Notes under the pieces: model-generated
The model's input: only the letters and a program-made list of their open reading frames with translations
The model's database searches: none
Told to the model about the DNA's origin: nothing
Assembly: GCA_002189035.1 (NCBI GenBank)
Contig: CM007992.1
Span: 2,542,001-2,606,000 of the forward strand
Origin: Utricularia gibba
Lineage: Eukaryota; Plantae; Magnoliophyta
Direction of reading: 5' to 3'
DNA length: 64,000 bases
Shown here: piece after piece, positions 12,464 through 24,758 of the stretch
Position numbering within the stretch: position 1 is the first letter of the stretch
Layout of the letters: each line of letters begins with the position of its first letter
Program-made: the position numbers and the translations under genes

Positions 12464-13608
12464 TGATAACACATATTTTTTAGTGATTGAGTCCATGGAA
12501 AAGATTCATATTGAGCTACAAAAATTTAGTTTTATATTTTTGCGCATAAGTACCGCAATTGTGTTATTTTAGTCTTAGTTGGGACTAAATCTACGATTTA
12601 GTCGCAACCTTGTAATAGTTTTATTCGAGCCATGCAGTACAGGTTGCAACACAAATTCTAAGGAGCCGAATATGCACAGTGTAGTGGCAGAAGATGAGTC
12701 CAAAAGTCTAAAAAGTGTTACACAAAAAATCCAAGGAGGAAAAAGGGAGCTTTTGGACAAAAAGGGAGGAAAGATGAGAGAGAAAACAGATCTCCCCTTG
12801 GAGACTCATGAACATCTTTCTGGAGAAGGTTTTCTGGAGATGAAGAAGGATGAAGATGAACAGGAACTAAGCTCATGCTTGAAGATTATTTTCTGTTTTC
12901 CAAGGATTATTACTCCTAGCTAAAATTAGCTAGCGATGTTTTCTAGCTTTCTGCCGAACATTTCAGTTTCCTGCTTGTTTATTTTCTAGTAGTCGACTGA
13001 GACATGAATGCATTGTGGATGATGTCTTCTCTTCTATTTTCGTTTGTCTTAAGCATGAGTGGTTAAACACTTAGGGGGGTGCCTTGGGGTGAAAGGAGGA
13101 GATTTATGCTAATCCATCTTTAGATCTAATAAACCATAAATCACGCCACTTCCTTAACAAACCAGGATAGATCCAGGAGGGGAAATAGTGAAACCCAACT
13201 TAACAACCCTAATTAGAGGTACACCAAAGATTAGGGGGAAAAACAAGAATCCGGGTAGACCTAGATCTTGTGAGTTAGTTGTATGATTTGTGGTTTGTGT
13301 GAACTTGTTTAGTGATAAGCATACATCCCCTAAGAGTTCAAAGGCATCACCCATTTCATTCCATAAACAACCGAGCTCCAGAACTTATAACTTTTCTTTA
13401 CTACATTCCATCCTCAGTCCTAGTTAAGACCAATTTTACCAACGTGACACTGATTTCATGCATTAACTTTCACATAGCAAGCACCTGCTCTTTGTGTTCG
13501 ACCCTAATCACTATGCTCATAATTATTTTATGCTAGAATGTGTATTAGGTTATAAATTTATTTGATAGGAAGATTTACATCCATGACGTGTAAATTTTTC
13601 GTTTATCA
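12464..13608 (+). mobile_element. Solo LTR, Athila-like Ty3 family A (1145 bp)
   Basis: TGATAAC...TTTATCA termini, TSD GAAGC/AAAGC (4/5), homologous to 17333-18087, with a 3' gtgttcgaccct motif typical of Athila LTR ends. Confidence 0.8.
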
Positions 13609-14563
13609 AAAGCACTGCGTGTGTCCATGTACAATGTTGCATGTTTCTTAAGAACTTTGTAACCATGCAAAATTCGTAAATAGCCTATGCATGAAATTCC
13701 ACATATGTTCTAAATGCAACACTTAAAGAATCAAGCACGCCGTCTAGATCTACTCATGGTGTATAACTTATAGACTACAATGACATGAGATAGATGAAAT
13801 GCATGTATTCCAGCCAGTATCCACTAAGAATCTAGGCAAAGTGGGTTAAATAGCAATAACCTTATAGTACTTCTAGAGTGGCTACTCCTCGCTCATCAAG
13901 AGCTACCCCACATGATGTCGATCAATGAATGTCGGAATGTTCATCGCATCAATCAATAATTCGTGCATAAGGGTAAGGAACTTTGGATGAAGTAATGCGA
14001 ATGGGTGTAAGCTTCGCTGCTCGGAAACACCCAGTGCTGACCACACTGAGAGACAAGAAAGCGCAGGTAACACTAGTTGGCGAATTGGCGTCAAGCATTC
14101 CTAGCGGTACGAAAAAAGAGGTCGTGATGATATCATCTACAACCGTAACGCTCCTCGTGGAGTAGATCCCACATCCAGCCAAGTTTTTGACCAGCGAACA
14201 GGAGAATGACCACTGCCGTACGCAGGCCAGCCAGGCCGTGAGCGCGGTGGGAACGAGCTTCCCCAAAAAGCCGTCCCGTGCCGGGGTCAGCATAGTAGAA
14301 TGAAGGGGACGGCCAACATTTTTTGGAAGATCCTGATGTCATCCTCTCACAGTAAGGAGCAATTCTTCATTGAGGTGTGCTTGTAGGTGTTAGGGAATAT
14401 GGTGTTTTCAGCCCATACATGAATGTTAACATAAGAGAAATTTCTAACAAGTGTTGTGAGGGTAGGCATTCATACTAATAGATTGGTAAGCAACTTGTAT
14501 GATATGTCATCTGAGTAGAGTATTCAATCGATGATATTTGACTTTGAATTTTGTCTTGACACT

Positions 14564-15916
14564 TGATAGCAGACAAATTTCAATGTTTTAGGATATAAAA
14601 AATCACAAGTTTTTAATTATGTTTAATTGTTTATTTTATAGTTTTAAGTATTTTTATATAACTTAGGAGAATGTAATTTTTGGTGTGCCAGTAGGCTAAA
14701 TCCTTTGATTTAGCCCACCCCATGTTCTAACTTGATTTTTGAGTCTAGCAGCAACCCCAAAATCATGGAAAAGTCAAGGATTTCGTGCAAGTCATCATGC
14801 AGAAGGAAGCAATGAGTATACTGTTGAGTCAAAGATTGCACTTGCTTTGGGAAATACGAGATAGAGAAAAAAAATAGAGGAGAGAGCGTTGCAAAGAGGT
14901 TCGACCAGCAATTTGCAACACGGACATGAGGGGTTTTCCCTCCAACTCCAACACGACGAATATTGAACCAGAAGAAGAAAGAAGGGCGAATCTGGAGAAG
15001 AACCTCCAGTGTGATGAACAAAGACATAGACTCAGTCCAACACTACTATTCCGGCCTATGAACAGTAGTAGACGAAAACCAGAACTCTTACTGCTTTACT
15101 TTCTTTTGTTGATATTTTTAGTTTCTAAAACCAACTCTTTCACAATGCTCTTAACATTTTCACTGCTTTATGTTAATGTTATCATATTTTACCTTCAAAG
15201 TATGAATAGCTAGAACTCTAGGGGTGCTTTAAGGTAAAGCATGATGGTGTGGATCTTGGATTCATAATAAAATTCATTATTGTTTCTTAGCTTTTGTTTC
15301 TATCCATCCATGGGTAGACCTAAGGAGGGAAACAACTAGCTTCACAACTGAGATGTTTGATTTAGAAGTAGATCAACAAATCAAGATGGGTGCACTAGAT
15401 GTTAGTTTCAAGTAGAACCAGTAGAACCGGGTAGACCTAGTTCTATACACTTTGCATGCGTGTAGATCTAATTGCAATGTTGGTAATGATATTAGAGACT
15501 AGCTTAGCTGAAAATGTGATGAATGACCTAGGTAGACTTAGGTTATTTGAAGTTGTGAGTGTAGGAATATGGTAAATTGAATTAGGCATTTTAGCACCAC
15601 ACCACCTACAAACCCTTAAGGCATCTTAGTATTACTATGAGTTAGAACCAGTACTTGTTACCTTGCACGTTGAGACTTGATTTTATTTACTGAACTTGAT
15701 TACCACTGTTAGTCCGAGTCTAGACTAAGAACTATTGTTATTCGAATTCTGCATCTACTTGGAATACATTGCGAGCACTAGCTCCTTGTGATCGACCCCG
15801 AATTCCACTGTACACTTTGTGTTTAATTTGTAGTTTGTGAGGATTAGAGCTTATAAATTTATTTGGTAACGAAATTTCTATTTTTGCAACGACATTAGGA
15901 AATTTCCATTTATCAA
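14564..15916 (+). mobile_element. Solo LTR, Athila-like Ty3 family B (1353 bp)
   Basis: TGATAG...TTTATCA termini, perfect TSD ACACT (14559-14563 and 15917-15921), homologous to about 45295-46677. Confidence 0.85.
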
Positions 15917-17306
15917 CACTCCAAACTTGACATAGCATCTTCAATATCATCATGTTGTTTTTGTTGTCATGCACAGGATATCGAGTGTCGTACATCTTGA
16001 ATCTATCCCATAGGAACACAACTTGACTTAGCTACTGTATAACGTCTTGTAGTTGGTGCTTGCCCCTAGAATACAAGATGGAGACGTCATAGTGTTTCAT
16101 ACAAAACTGTATAAGTTCTCTCGCCATGGGTCAGAGATACATTGCAATATGTCAACCATTGTTAACACCATAGATATCAAATGTTTTGTTGGGAATACAC
16201 TGCAATATGTCAACCACAGAATAAGATATGGTTCCGTTACAGCTTTAGATTATGGGGTTTGATTTGCATGCTCCCCATTTCACATCTCGCACATACACAA
16301 TGTCTACCAAGATGCCATTGATGTTGAATTTAGAAATTTTTGGGGGCACATCATTGATGGACGGTCCACCATACGGCCACCTGCACTCATATCAATGCAC
16401 ATGCATTTGCAATTCTAGGTTCCCTTTCGTCAATATCTCAATCTATACGTACTTCACTAAGATGGGATCACCACGCTTGCCCTACATGAACATTGACCTC
16501 AATTGGTCGGACGGATAGTCAACTTGCAGCATAGCAGCGTCGATCCTAGTGACGTTATTTGTAGTAGTGTCCTCAACTGCATGTTGTCGGCAACTACGTG
16601 TCATTCCATATCATAATAGATGGATGCCATTAATGAACTCTTTTGGGGAAAGGTAACATATAGGGTGTCATAATTGCATGCAAAAAAGGAGTTAAATATG
16701 CGTTGCAGTTAACAACTAGTGCAGTTAATTGTAACCACAGGTAATGGACAAGGGAACACCAGAAAAGAGTTGTACACGGTGTTGTGTTTGACTTATCTCC
16801 CCATAGCTTAGTGAAAGCACCGTAGCACACAATATAAGTAGTGTGGTGCTAGGTGCATGTGTATGTCACACACATTCTACACTTGAACATTGCATGGCAT
16901 GCAATGGCATGTTGCACCGCATGCATATCCATGCAATTCACTCTCAACTCCATTGAAATGCTACATACAATATAATAAGGTGTTGCATTGTGCTTATGGT
17001 GTTCTACAAAGAACCCAACACTAGATATGCCCAAATTATGGTGCTATGCTTCAATAGCTCCCAACACCACAACTTAACAAGCCACTGGGTCACATAGCAC
17101 AAGATGCTTACACAGTAAACGCAAGCAACACGCACTCAAAAAAATGTATGCAATTCCAGAGCAAATAAAGTCTTCATATCAAACAGAAAATTATCCAGTT
17201 ATCTCAAAGTAATAGATTTTATCAAACATGAAAGATGCAACATTGTATAAGTAGATCTAACACAAGGTAAACAATAGGCAATTACTTCCTAACGAGTCTG
17301 TGGTGT

Positions 17307-19312
17307 TCAAACCACATCATACATTATTTCACTGATAACACATATTTTTGAGTGATTGAATACATGGAAATTACTCACATTGTACTACAAAAATTATTTT
17401 TTATTGCCTAGTTCTATATTTTTGCACATAAATATCGTAGTTGTGTTATTTTAGTCTTAGTTGGGACTAAATCTACAACTTAGTCTCAACCTTCTAATAA
17501 TTTTCTCGAGCAATGCAGCACATGTCGATAGCACAAATCCTAAGGAGCCGAATATGAACAATGTAGTGGCAAAGGATGAGTCAGAAGTTTGAAAAGGAGT
17601 ACACACAAAATCCAAGGAGGAGAAAAAGGGAGATTTTGGACAAAAATGGGGACAAGATGGAGAGATAAGGCAGATCTACTCTATTGGAGATTAGGGGGAA
17701 AACAAGAGTCCGGGTAGACCTAGACTTTGTGAGTTAGTTGTATGATTTATGGTTTGTATGAGCGTGTTTAGTGATAAGCATACATGTCCTAGGAATCCTA
17801 AGGCATCACCCATTTCATTCCAGAAACAACCGAGCTTCAAAACTTATTACTTTTCTTTACTGTATTCCGTTGCAGTTCTATCTTAGTCCTAGTTAAGATT
17901 AATTCTACCAACGTGACACTGATTTCTTGTAGTGACTTTCACATAGCAAGCACCTAGCTCCTTGTGTTCGACCCTAGTCCACTATACTCATATATTTCAT
18001 ATGATTTGATGTGAATTAGGTTTATAAATTTTATTTGATAGGAGAAATTTGCAAATTAACGACTTTGCACAAATTTTTCGTTTATCACTCACCTACTCAT
18101 CCCGTCAAGCATTTCATGTGTGACTCGAGCCAATTGTACTGATCGTATCATCCACATCATTGTTGCCACCAGTGTCAACACAAAAATCAAATGGCAGCTC
18201 ACCCTCTAAGGGATCGACAATTATCTCTTTCCTAATGAGGTTGTGTTGCATAGCACATGCTAATATGATCCGAATCTATGAGCATACTGAATAGTGGCTA
18301 GCAATTCGTAGTATAGCCAGTGCATCTTCATTAATCATCATACTCGTTCAATCACATTCCTGGCTGATGCATGACGCATGTTGAGTAGCTATTTTGCATT
18401 CTATGGAGCTCAATTTTCCTATCCTCAATCCTTCAAATGGTAATGCACTCCTCAGTATGGAGTCAAGAATACTTCTCTATTAACGTATCCATTATCGATA
18501 TAGATAGAAGGTTCTTGTGACAGAAAACATGTAAATTAAAATCCTCACAAACACAAATAGATGCTATATATATGGTTCTAACTAAGTGTATATGAAATCC
18601 ATCTAAGCATGTATATCAACTTCATGTCTTCATCATATACACATCTAACACATTTGTTGAAACAACATACTTTTGATTTCTATATCTTGCTGCTTCACAC
18701 GCCCTTACTCATATGCCGATATGTGTACCATTTAAGGTACCAACACAATGTTGTACACACATATAATGACCTCAAGAACAATAGCAAAATCATTTGAAAA
18801 CATTAGGATACCAGACACCTGAAGTACTTGAACTTTTCATCATATACACGTGTAACAACAATTATCAAGTTCTGCAAGAGCACATTTTGAAGGTAGAGCA
18901 CTACTTGCAGCATCTAAAGGAAGCATCATTGCTTCTTCTATAAATATGATTTTGCACTCGAACTTTTTTACTGTATCCCACAATTTCCAAAACATGCAAA
19001 CTATCTTTGGCACAATTATTTTCTAAACATCAATCCAGCATGATTATCCAACAAATTATACAATATACAAAAAACATCTCTACTAATTCTCAAGTTCTCA
19101 ATTGATAACCTATGAACATCGCTAATCAACTTACTCATATACTCTATTTGCTTAGGAATCATGATGTCCATAGAATATTTGCGTTGCATTCTATAATCCT
19201 GGCCATAATATTTTGCATTCAGGTATATCAAAACATTCATCCCAAGCAAGTATTCCCTTAATGCCGGCACTACTATACTCAACACAACATGACACTCACG
19301 TGAAAAATTCAT
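17307..19312 (-). pseudogene. Harbinger DDE transposase gene, disrupted and interrupted near its C-terminus by a solo LTR
   Basis: RKYSM...PKQIEYMSKL...ENLRISRDVFCILY, CVGTLNGTHI...ARYRNQK (compare CLGALDGTYI...RYRNRK), RIILACAMQHNLIRKEIIVDPLE. The C-terminal RDE-[LTR]-EIMYDV continues across 17333-18087. Confidence 0.85.
17333..18087 (+). mobile_element. Solo LTR, Athila-like family A, internally deleted (755 bp)
   Basis: TGATAAC...TTTATCA termini and TSD TTCAC/CTCAC (4/5). Matches 12464-13608 but lacks about 390 bp from the middle. Confidence 0.8.
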
Positions 19313-21379
19313 ATCATCGCAATCAAATAGCAGTTCAGAAATATACCTAAAGAAGCAATAATAAATGAGGCTTGCGTTTTGAAGAACACCCACAAACGAC
19401 CGCAACTGAAAACCTACTAGGCACCTAATAGTGGCTTCCAATTTGAAAGGCGAACACCACATGACTCTCTATATCCACCTAGCGAAGTGCTCTTCAACAG
19501 ATCTATTGTAGATTTGTAGCAATAAAGAAGCTTTATTGCCCCCCTCCCCCTTCTTGGATTATGTAAACCTACAACCATAGATGTCAACCGAGTTTATGTT
19601 TTCAAGTGTGTTTACCCATCTACAACCTATGTATCAAACTTGGGTTTTCTAACAAAGGTACTTGAAAACCCAGCAAAACCCACTTACCAAATGCCCCCTA
19701 TAGATTTATGTATCTAAATAAAAAATAGTACAAAGTATATAAACCATATGATATTTTGGAAAATTGAAAAAACAAATAGACATGAGATATTTTCTAACCA
19801 GGCATACAATATAGCAACACGTGCAGAATTTTGAACTAGAAGGAAGTAGGTTGATTTCAAAAGGAGAATTTCACCTTAGAACTTTCCCAACAATTAACTT
19901 AGCAAATACTACTATTCCAAGTTAAGAGTAATAGCAAATGGAGAACAATACTTCAACTTTAATTTTTTTTATGCATTTCAAATGTCTAATGCTTTATGCT
20001 TTACTTTTGAACATGATAATGAATATTTTTATAGTTTTTATTTATAATATTATGATTTCCTTATTCAATATGTGTAGCTAGATTTTAGAAATACTTATAT
20101 TACTCAAAGGTGGTGTAGTGATTTTGGTTCCTATTTGTTGTTTGTGTTTAAACTTGTTTGCATCCTTAGTATAATTGAAATAAACAAAAGAGGTAGAAAG
20201 CAATAACAACCACAATTTAAGCATCTGATTTGGAGGTAGACTAAGAAATCAGGAAAATTAGAGTATGTTGATATTGATGGATAGAAAATGGTAGGATCAG
20301 GTGAAATGATAGGACTAAGTATAAAATAGTTAAGGAAACTCAACCGCGCTATTAATAAAAAATCTAGAAAATGAACCAAATAGTTCTAAATTGTGTTAAT
20401 TTGTCAAATTTCGAAAATGTGAATTAAAATTAGTGATTGAGTTAATCATACCATTGAAGTTAACCTAAGGAACAATTGTTTTTAATTGCATTATATCAAT
20501 ATTTCTTGTCTTCTGTTTTTTTATTTAATTTCAACTATTGTTTCAATATGTTGTGGATAGTTTTATTTAGAATTTAAAATTTAATTAATCTATAATTCTA
20601 CATCATACTAGTGTAATACAAACACTCGATTTCCGTATTCGATCTTGATTCCACTTACATTTTCCTTTAAAATTTATTTTATATGAAAATTGCATTCTTC
20701 AATACCGCAGCACTTTTTGTTATAAATAAGCTTTGATTTCTGAGATGGAAATGGACATAACTGGATCAAATTGAACTAAATTCAAAATCAATCCAAAAAT
20801 ATAATGAGATCCAAAACCGATCGAAAACAAAGGAAAATTTAAAATGATAACCATTCCAGTTCAATAAAATTGATCAAATCCATATCTAAAGCTCATAATC
20901 CATTTTTTATTAAGTAATCATATAACATCTAAATATTTTGTTCTATTATAAATACCATTAAAGTCATAATTATATGGGTGAAAAAAATGTTATCAATGAT
21001 TCAATGTGAAAAGGGAATTAATAATAATTGATTTAATATTTAATATTTAATATTTTATTAATTTAATAAAATTATTAATATTAATTTATATACTAATATT
21101 ATTAAAACATAAATAAATCAAACAAATTAAATTAGATATACAGTTTTCAATTCAAAATCAACTTGGAGCATATAATTTAAATAATGATGCAATGTATTAT
21201 TATTGATATATAGTATTCTATTGAATTTTTTGAATACTATCATTTAATTCATCCATCAAATTTCCACTCCTATCAATTGTGGTTTTTTTCTAAAATTTTT
21301 TTAAATTTTAAAAAGTAATCATGCATGCATGCATGTATTGAAGATAGGTTTGTTTGGTGCTTAAAAATGCATTAAACAT

Positions 21380-23060
21380 GACTTAACTTTTGTCGGAATT
21401 CAAGATTGGATGAGCTGGAAACTTCGTATAATAACCTTGAAAGCGGAGTAGGCATCTCTGACTACTTTGAAATGGAAACTACGAGAAGTGTCGGGTTTCC
21501 GAGTATTGGTCAACATTGATGCGCCTTCTTCACGAAGCCAGCAGTGGACTTTGAATTTTCTGTGTTATTATCATTGACAACGTGAACAAATCTTTTTCCA
21601 ATGGGGTTCACACACACGTTATTGATGATTCGATGCATCTTCGAGTTCGAATACTTTATTTATTACACTTCCCTTGTCAAGAAGATTCAAATTTCTGGGT
21701 TTGTTTCTATAAACTTGTCGTCCCTGCACAGAGGCTTCCTGTGTTTCTGTATAACTTGGGCGTGGTCTACAGTTAATATACCGTTAGTTTTGACTAATTG
21801 AGCCAGCATTAAAAGGCCAGCTGTTGCTTTGATTCCTCCTTCTCCTGTGCCAATTATTGGTCGCATATCTGAGCGCCATCCGGATCTGATAGGAAACTGG
21901 ATGATTCTATGAACCCCGCCTTCAATTTCTCTGTACTCGTTTCTTGTTCATTCAGCTGCAGTAGAATACTGGTGAATTCTAAACCAACGTGGAGCATCAG
22001 CATCGGACGACATTTTAGGTAACTAAGTCTATCCAAGGCTTGTGAGGATTAAATCAACTCCCCATGTTCGCTATCGTAAACCCAAAAAGCACTCTTTTGT
22101 GTGGTGTTCTGTAGTTTCAGAAAAGCGATGTTCCAATCATTGTTAGTTACGTTGATTGATACTTTAAGCATCCTAAATGTATAGGATGACAAACCAATCA
22201 AAATATCTCAAGGGTGCGACAAAAAGTTTTACTGACTTTTTTCATTGTATAGTGGCAATCAGGAACTTGTCAGCACCTTGAATCTCTATTCCGACCTGAT
22301 GGCTTCTAGGGAGGTAGTTTTTAGAAGGATAAGCATGCCTGGTAGTTTTATTATAAAGCATGGCGTCATTCACTATACGGAAGAGAAGAGTAGCTCTGAA
22401 GGGTCCCCCCTCCTGTTCTTTGCAGACTCATATCATCCCTCCTCTAATCCAACACAGCACCATCTCTTCTTCACCTTTCATCCATGTCTGAAACGTCTCG
22501 GCCTGTAAGATCAGTCTCTCCGTTTTCTTGAGTTTCCTCAACCCGACATGAAAGCTGGTATTGCTCCCTTTTACCGGTTTTGGGTTCTGTATCAGTTCCG
22601 AACCCAGTTCTATTCCCCTGAGATTCTCTGGTTGGACAACAGAAGTCTTTCTTCGTCCATCGATCTTTTTCTCTAACATGACCACGTGTCTCCTCTGGTT
22701 TTCGTGCCGTGTTGTAAGAGCAACCGCGTAGGTATGTTTTGACTTCACGTGTGAAGTGTACTGCAACTCCCTGGATTCACATGTTCACAACGGTATTTGG
22801 TGACTAGGGATGAACCTACGGTACTACTGACTCCACCTTGGGAGCCCTCACGAAAAGCTTAGAGTTGAAATGCATTGGTTCCTCTGATTTTTCTTCAGCA
22901 TCGAATGCGCCACGACTTGAAGAGCCTCCCGCGCATCAAGGGGCTTTTGAATCTCGTTTGTTTTTAATGTTGTTGACAATGTGAAGAAGATCTTTTACTT
23001 TGAGATTCCATGAACGAACCTTCCTTTGATTCTTCTCCTATGCCATTCATTGCTCAAACA
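21380..23060 (-). pseudogene. Unidentified decayed coding region (hydrophilic protein relic)
   Basis: Long coding-like stretches such as KTYLRGCSYNTARKPEETRGHVREKDRWTKK...GRDVSDMDER are broken by TGA/TAG/TAA codons. GC content is higher than in the AT-rich DNA to the left. Family not recognised. Confidence 0.35.
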
Positions 23061-23142
23061 CAGCTGTATGGAATGAAATGGTCTATCGCATACTAATTTC
23101 TTGAGCTGCTTCTGCTGCAGTGGAGTGTACGCGCAAATCTAA

Positions 23143-24758
23143 ATGGAAGTGGAGCGCCGGACGGGTGACGATGCTGCAGAAAGCATCCCTTGTAGTGGGA
23201 CTTGCGACACTGTGATCTGCAACGCCAATAAGGTTAAAGGAAGCAACAACGTAGTGCCCATCGATGCAGTCATTATACCAATACAACAAGACACTAAAGT
23301 AAGCTGCTATTTATGTGTATTTTTTACCAGAAACCTGTGGTTTAGAGATACTTATGATTATGATTAAGAAAGAAAGCATCCATATTTCTAATTGTTTAGA
23401 TAGTTTATAAATTAAATCACATTCTAAATGTAAAATGGGCTAATTTTCGTGCAGGTTGAGAAGCGCGAGGGACAAGTTTTGGCACATACTACCTATCTCC
23501 TCTCCATTGCAGTGTTTGGGATAGCAGGGGTACTATGATCCCTAAGCTCCAAATCTTCTGTGTGTGTATGTGTGTGTGATGTTGAGGAAGGGAGAAGAGC
23601 CAAAGCTTACAATATTTCATTTTTTCCAGGTAATGACAAGATATGGCCTGAAAATACTATCTACACATCAAGTATCATTTGGGGACAAGGAAGTTTCCTT
23701 CGCAAGTGATAGGAGTTTCTTGTACCCAGATCTTGTATCCAACATGGTTGGGTCCTTTCTCATGGGTTGGTTGGGAGTGGTTTTCAAACGCGACATTTCT
23801 AATATCTCTGATCAGCTCGCCGTTGGATTGTCAACGGGGTTCCTAGGCTGCCTCACAACCTTCAGTGGCTGGAATCAAAGCACGTTGAACCTCAGTGCCC
23901 AGGGCCGATGGGGCTATTCAGTACTTTGTGTTACCATAGGTTACGATTACTCTTCATCATAGGCTTCTTCTTTTTGTTATTTTTTACTATAAAAATGATG
24001 ATGTTCATGATAGATGACGAATGGTTTCCTTGCAGGGCTTATCTTGGCGGGTTTATCGATCGTAATAGGAGTGTGGACAGCGACAATATGCAAACAACAT
24101 ACAGCATTATCATCCAAAATTTCCAACACCATTTCCCCTAGCAAAATGGACACGTCCAAGTGCCTCATAACGTTTTTCACGATGCTCATCGTTACGCTCG
24201 TGATATTATGGTGTCTGTTCATAGCTCTGGAGGTCAAAAGCTTCAGAGAAGGTGGCCTTGCGGCTCAGCTACTCCTAGCCGGCCTGGTTGGACCCTTTGG
24301 AGCATGGTTGAGATGGTACTTGGCTCGTTTGAACGGACGCACATTCGGAAGAAACGATCGACTGAAATGGATGCCGCTGGGGACTCTTACCGCCAACGTT
24401 CTTGCATCTTGCATAATGGCTGCCATGGCTACTTTGAAAGACCTGGTAAGGGAAATCCAAATCAACGTGGCATATAAGTTAACTGCAACACTTTTATTTC
24501 AGGGTTTGCTGATACCATTCTGTGTTGCTCTTGTTTAAGGCCGACGACAGAGAAGTTGCGGCTGTGGCAACTGGGATTCAGCTTGGGCTGCTTGGCTCCC
24601 TTAGTACAGTTTCAACTTTCATGTCTGAATTATACGAGATGGGAAGAACTTGCCACCCGTTAAGGATGGCATCTTACGTTGCCATCACCATAATGCCCTC
24701 CTTTGGCCTGGGCACCTTGATCTACTCGGTCCCTGCTTGGGTTAGAAGTTACAACTAG
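23143..24758 (+). CDS. FEX: Fluoride export protein (double CrcB/Fluc domain), about 389 aa; exons 23143-23298, 23455-23529, 23630-23939, 24036-24445, 24540-24758
   Basis: AVFGIAGVMTRY, YPDLVSNMVGSFLMGWLGVVFK, GLSTGFLGCLTTFSGWNQ, GPFGAWLRWYLARLNGR, GTLTANVLA, GIQLGLLGSLSTVSTFMSE, YSVPAW. GT-AG introns with consistent phases; the last acceptor is AAG. Confidence 0.88.

Larger units (their letters stand above)
10878..19697. mobile_element. PIF/Harbinger DNA transposon (decayed autonomous type) with three nested solo LTRs
   Basis: Left TIR GGGGCGTTTGGTA (10878-10890) matches the right TIR (19685-19697, reverse complement GGGGCATTTGGTA) at 12/13. It encloses a Myb/SANT gene (+) and a DDE transposase (-) in tail-to-tail orientation. 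The 3-bp TSD is not clean (CTA vs TAT). Confidence 0.75.

Noticed and set aside
12579-12923. ORFs inside LTRs (also 14926-15213, 45535-45919, 9302-9490, 41456-41644)
   Set aside because: They lie in LTR sequence, and frames are generally not conserved between family copies. The Angela pair shares a frame only because the copies are near-identical.
20108-20122. CACTA-like terminus (GGTGTAGTG), and CACTACAAC near 52133
   Set aside because: No matching partner TIR, subterminal repeats or transposase was found.
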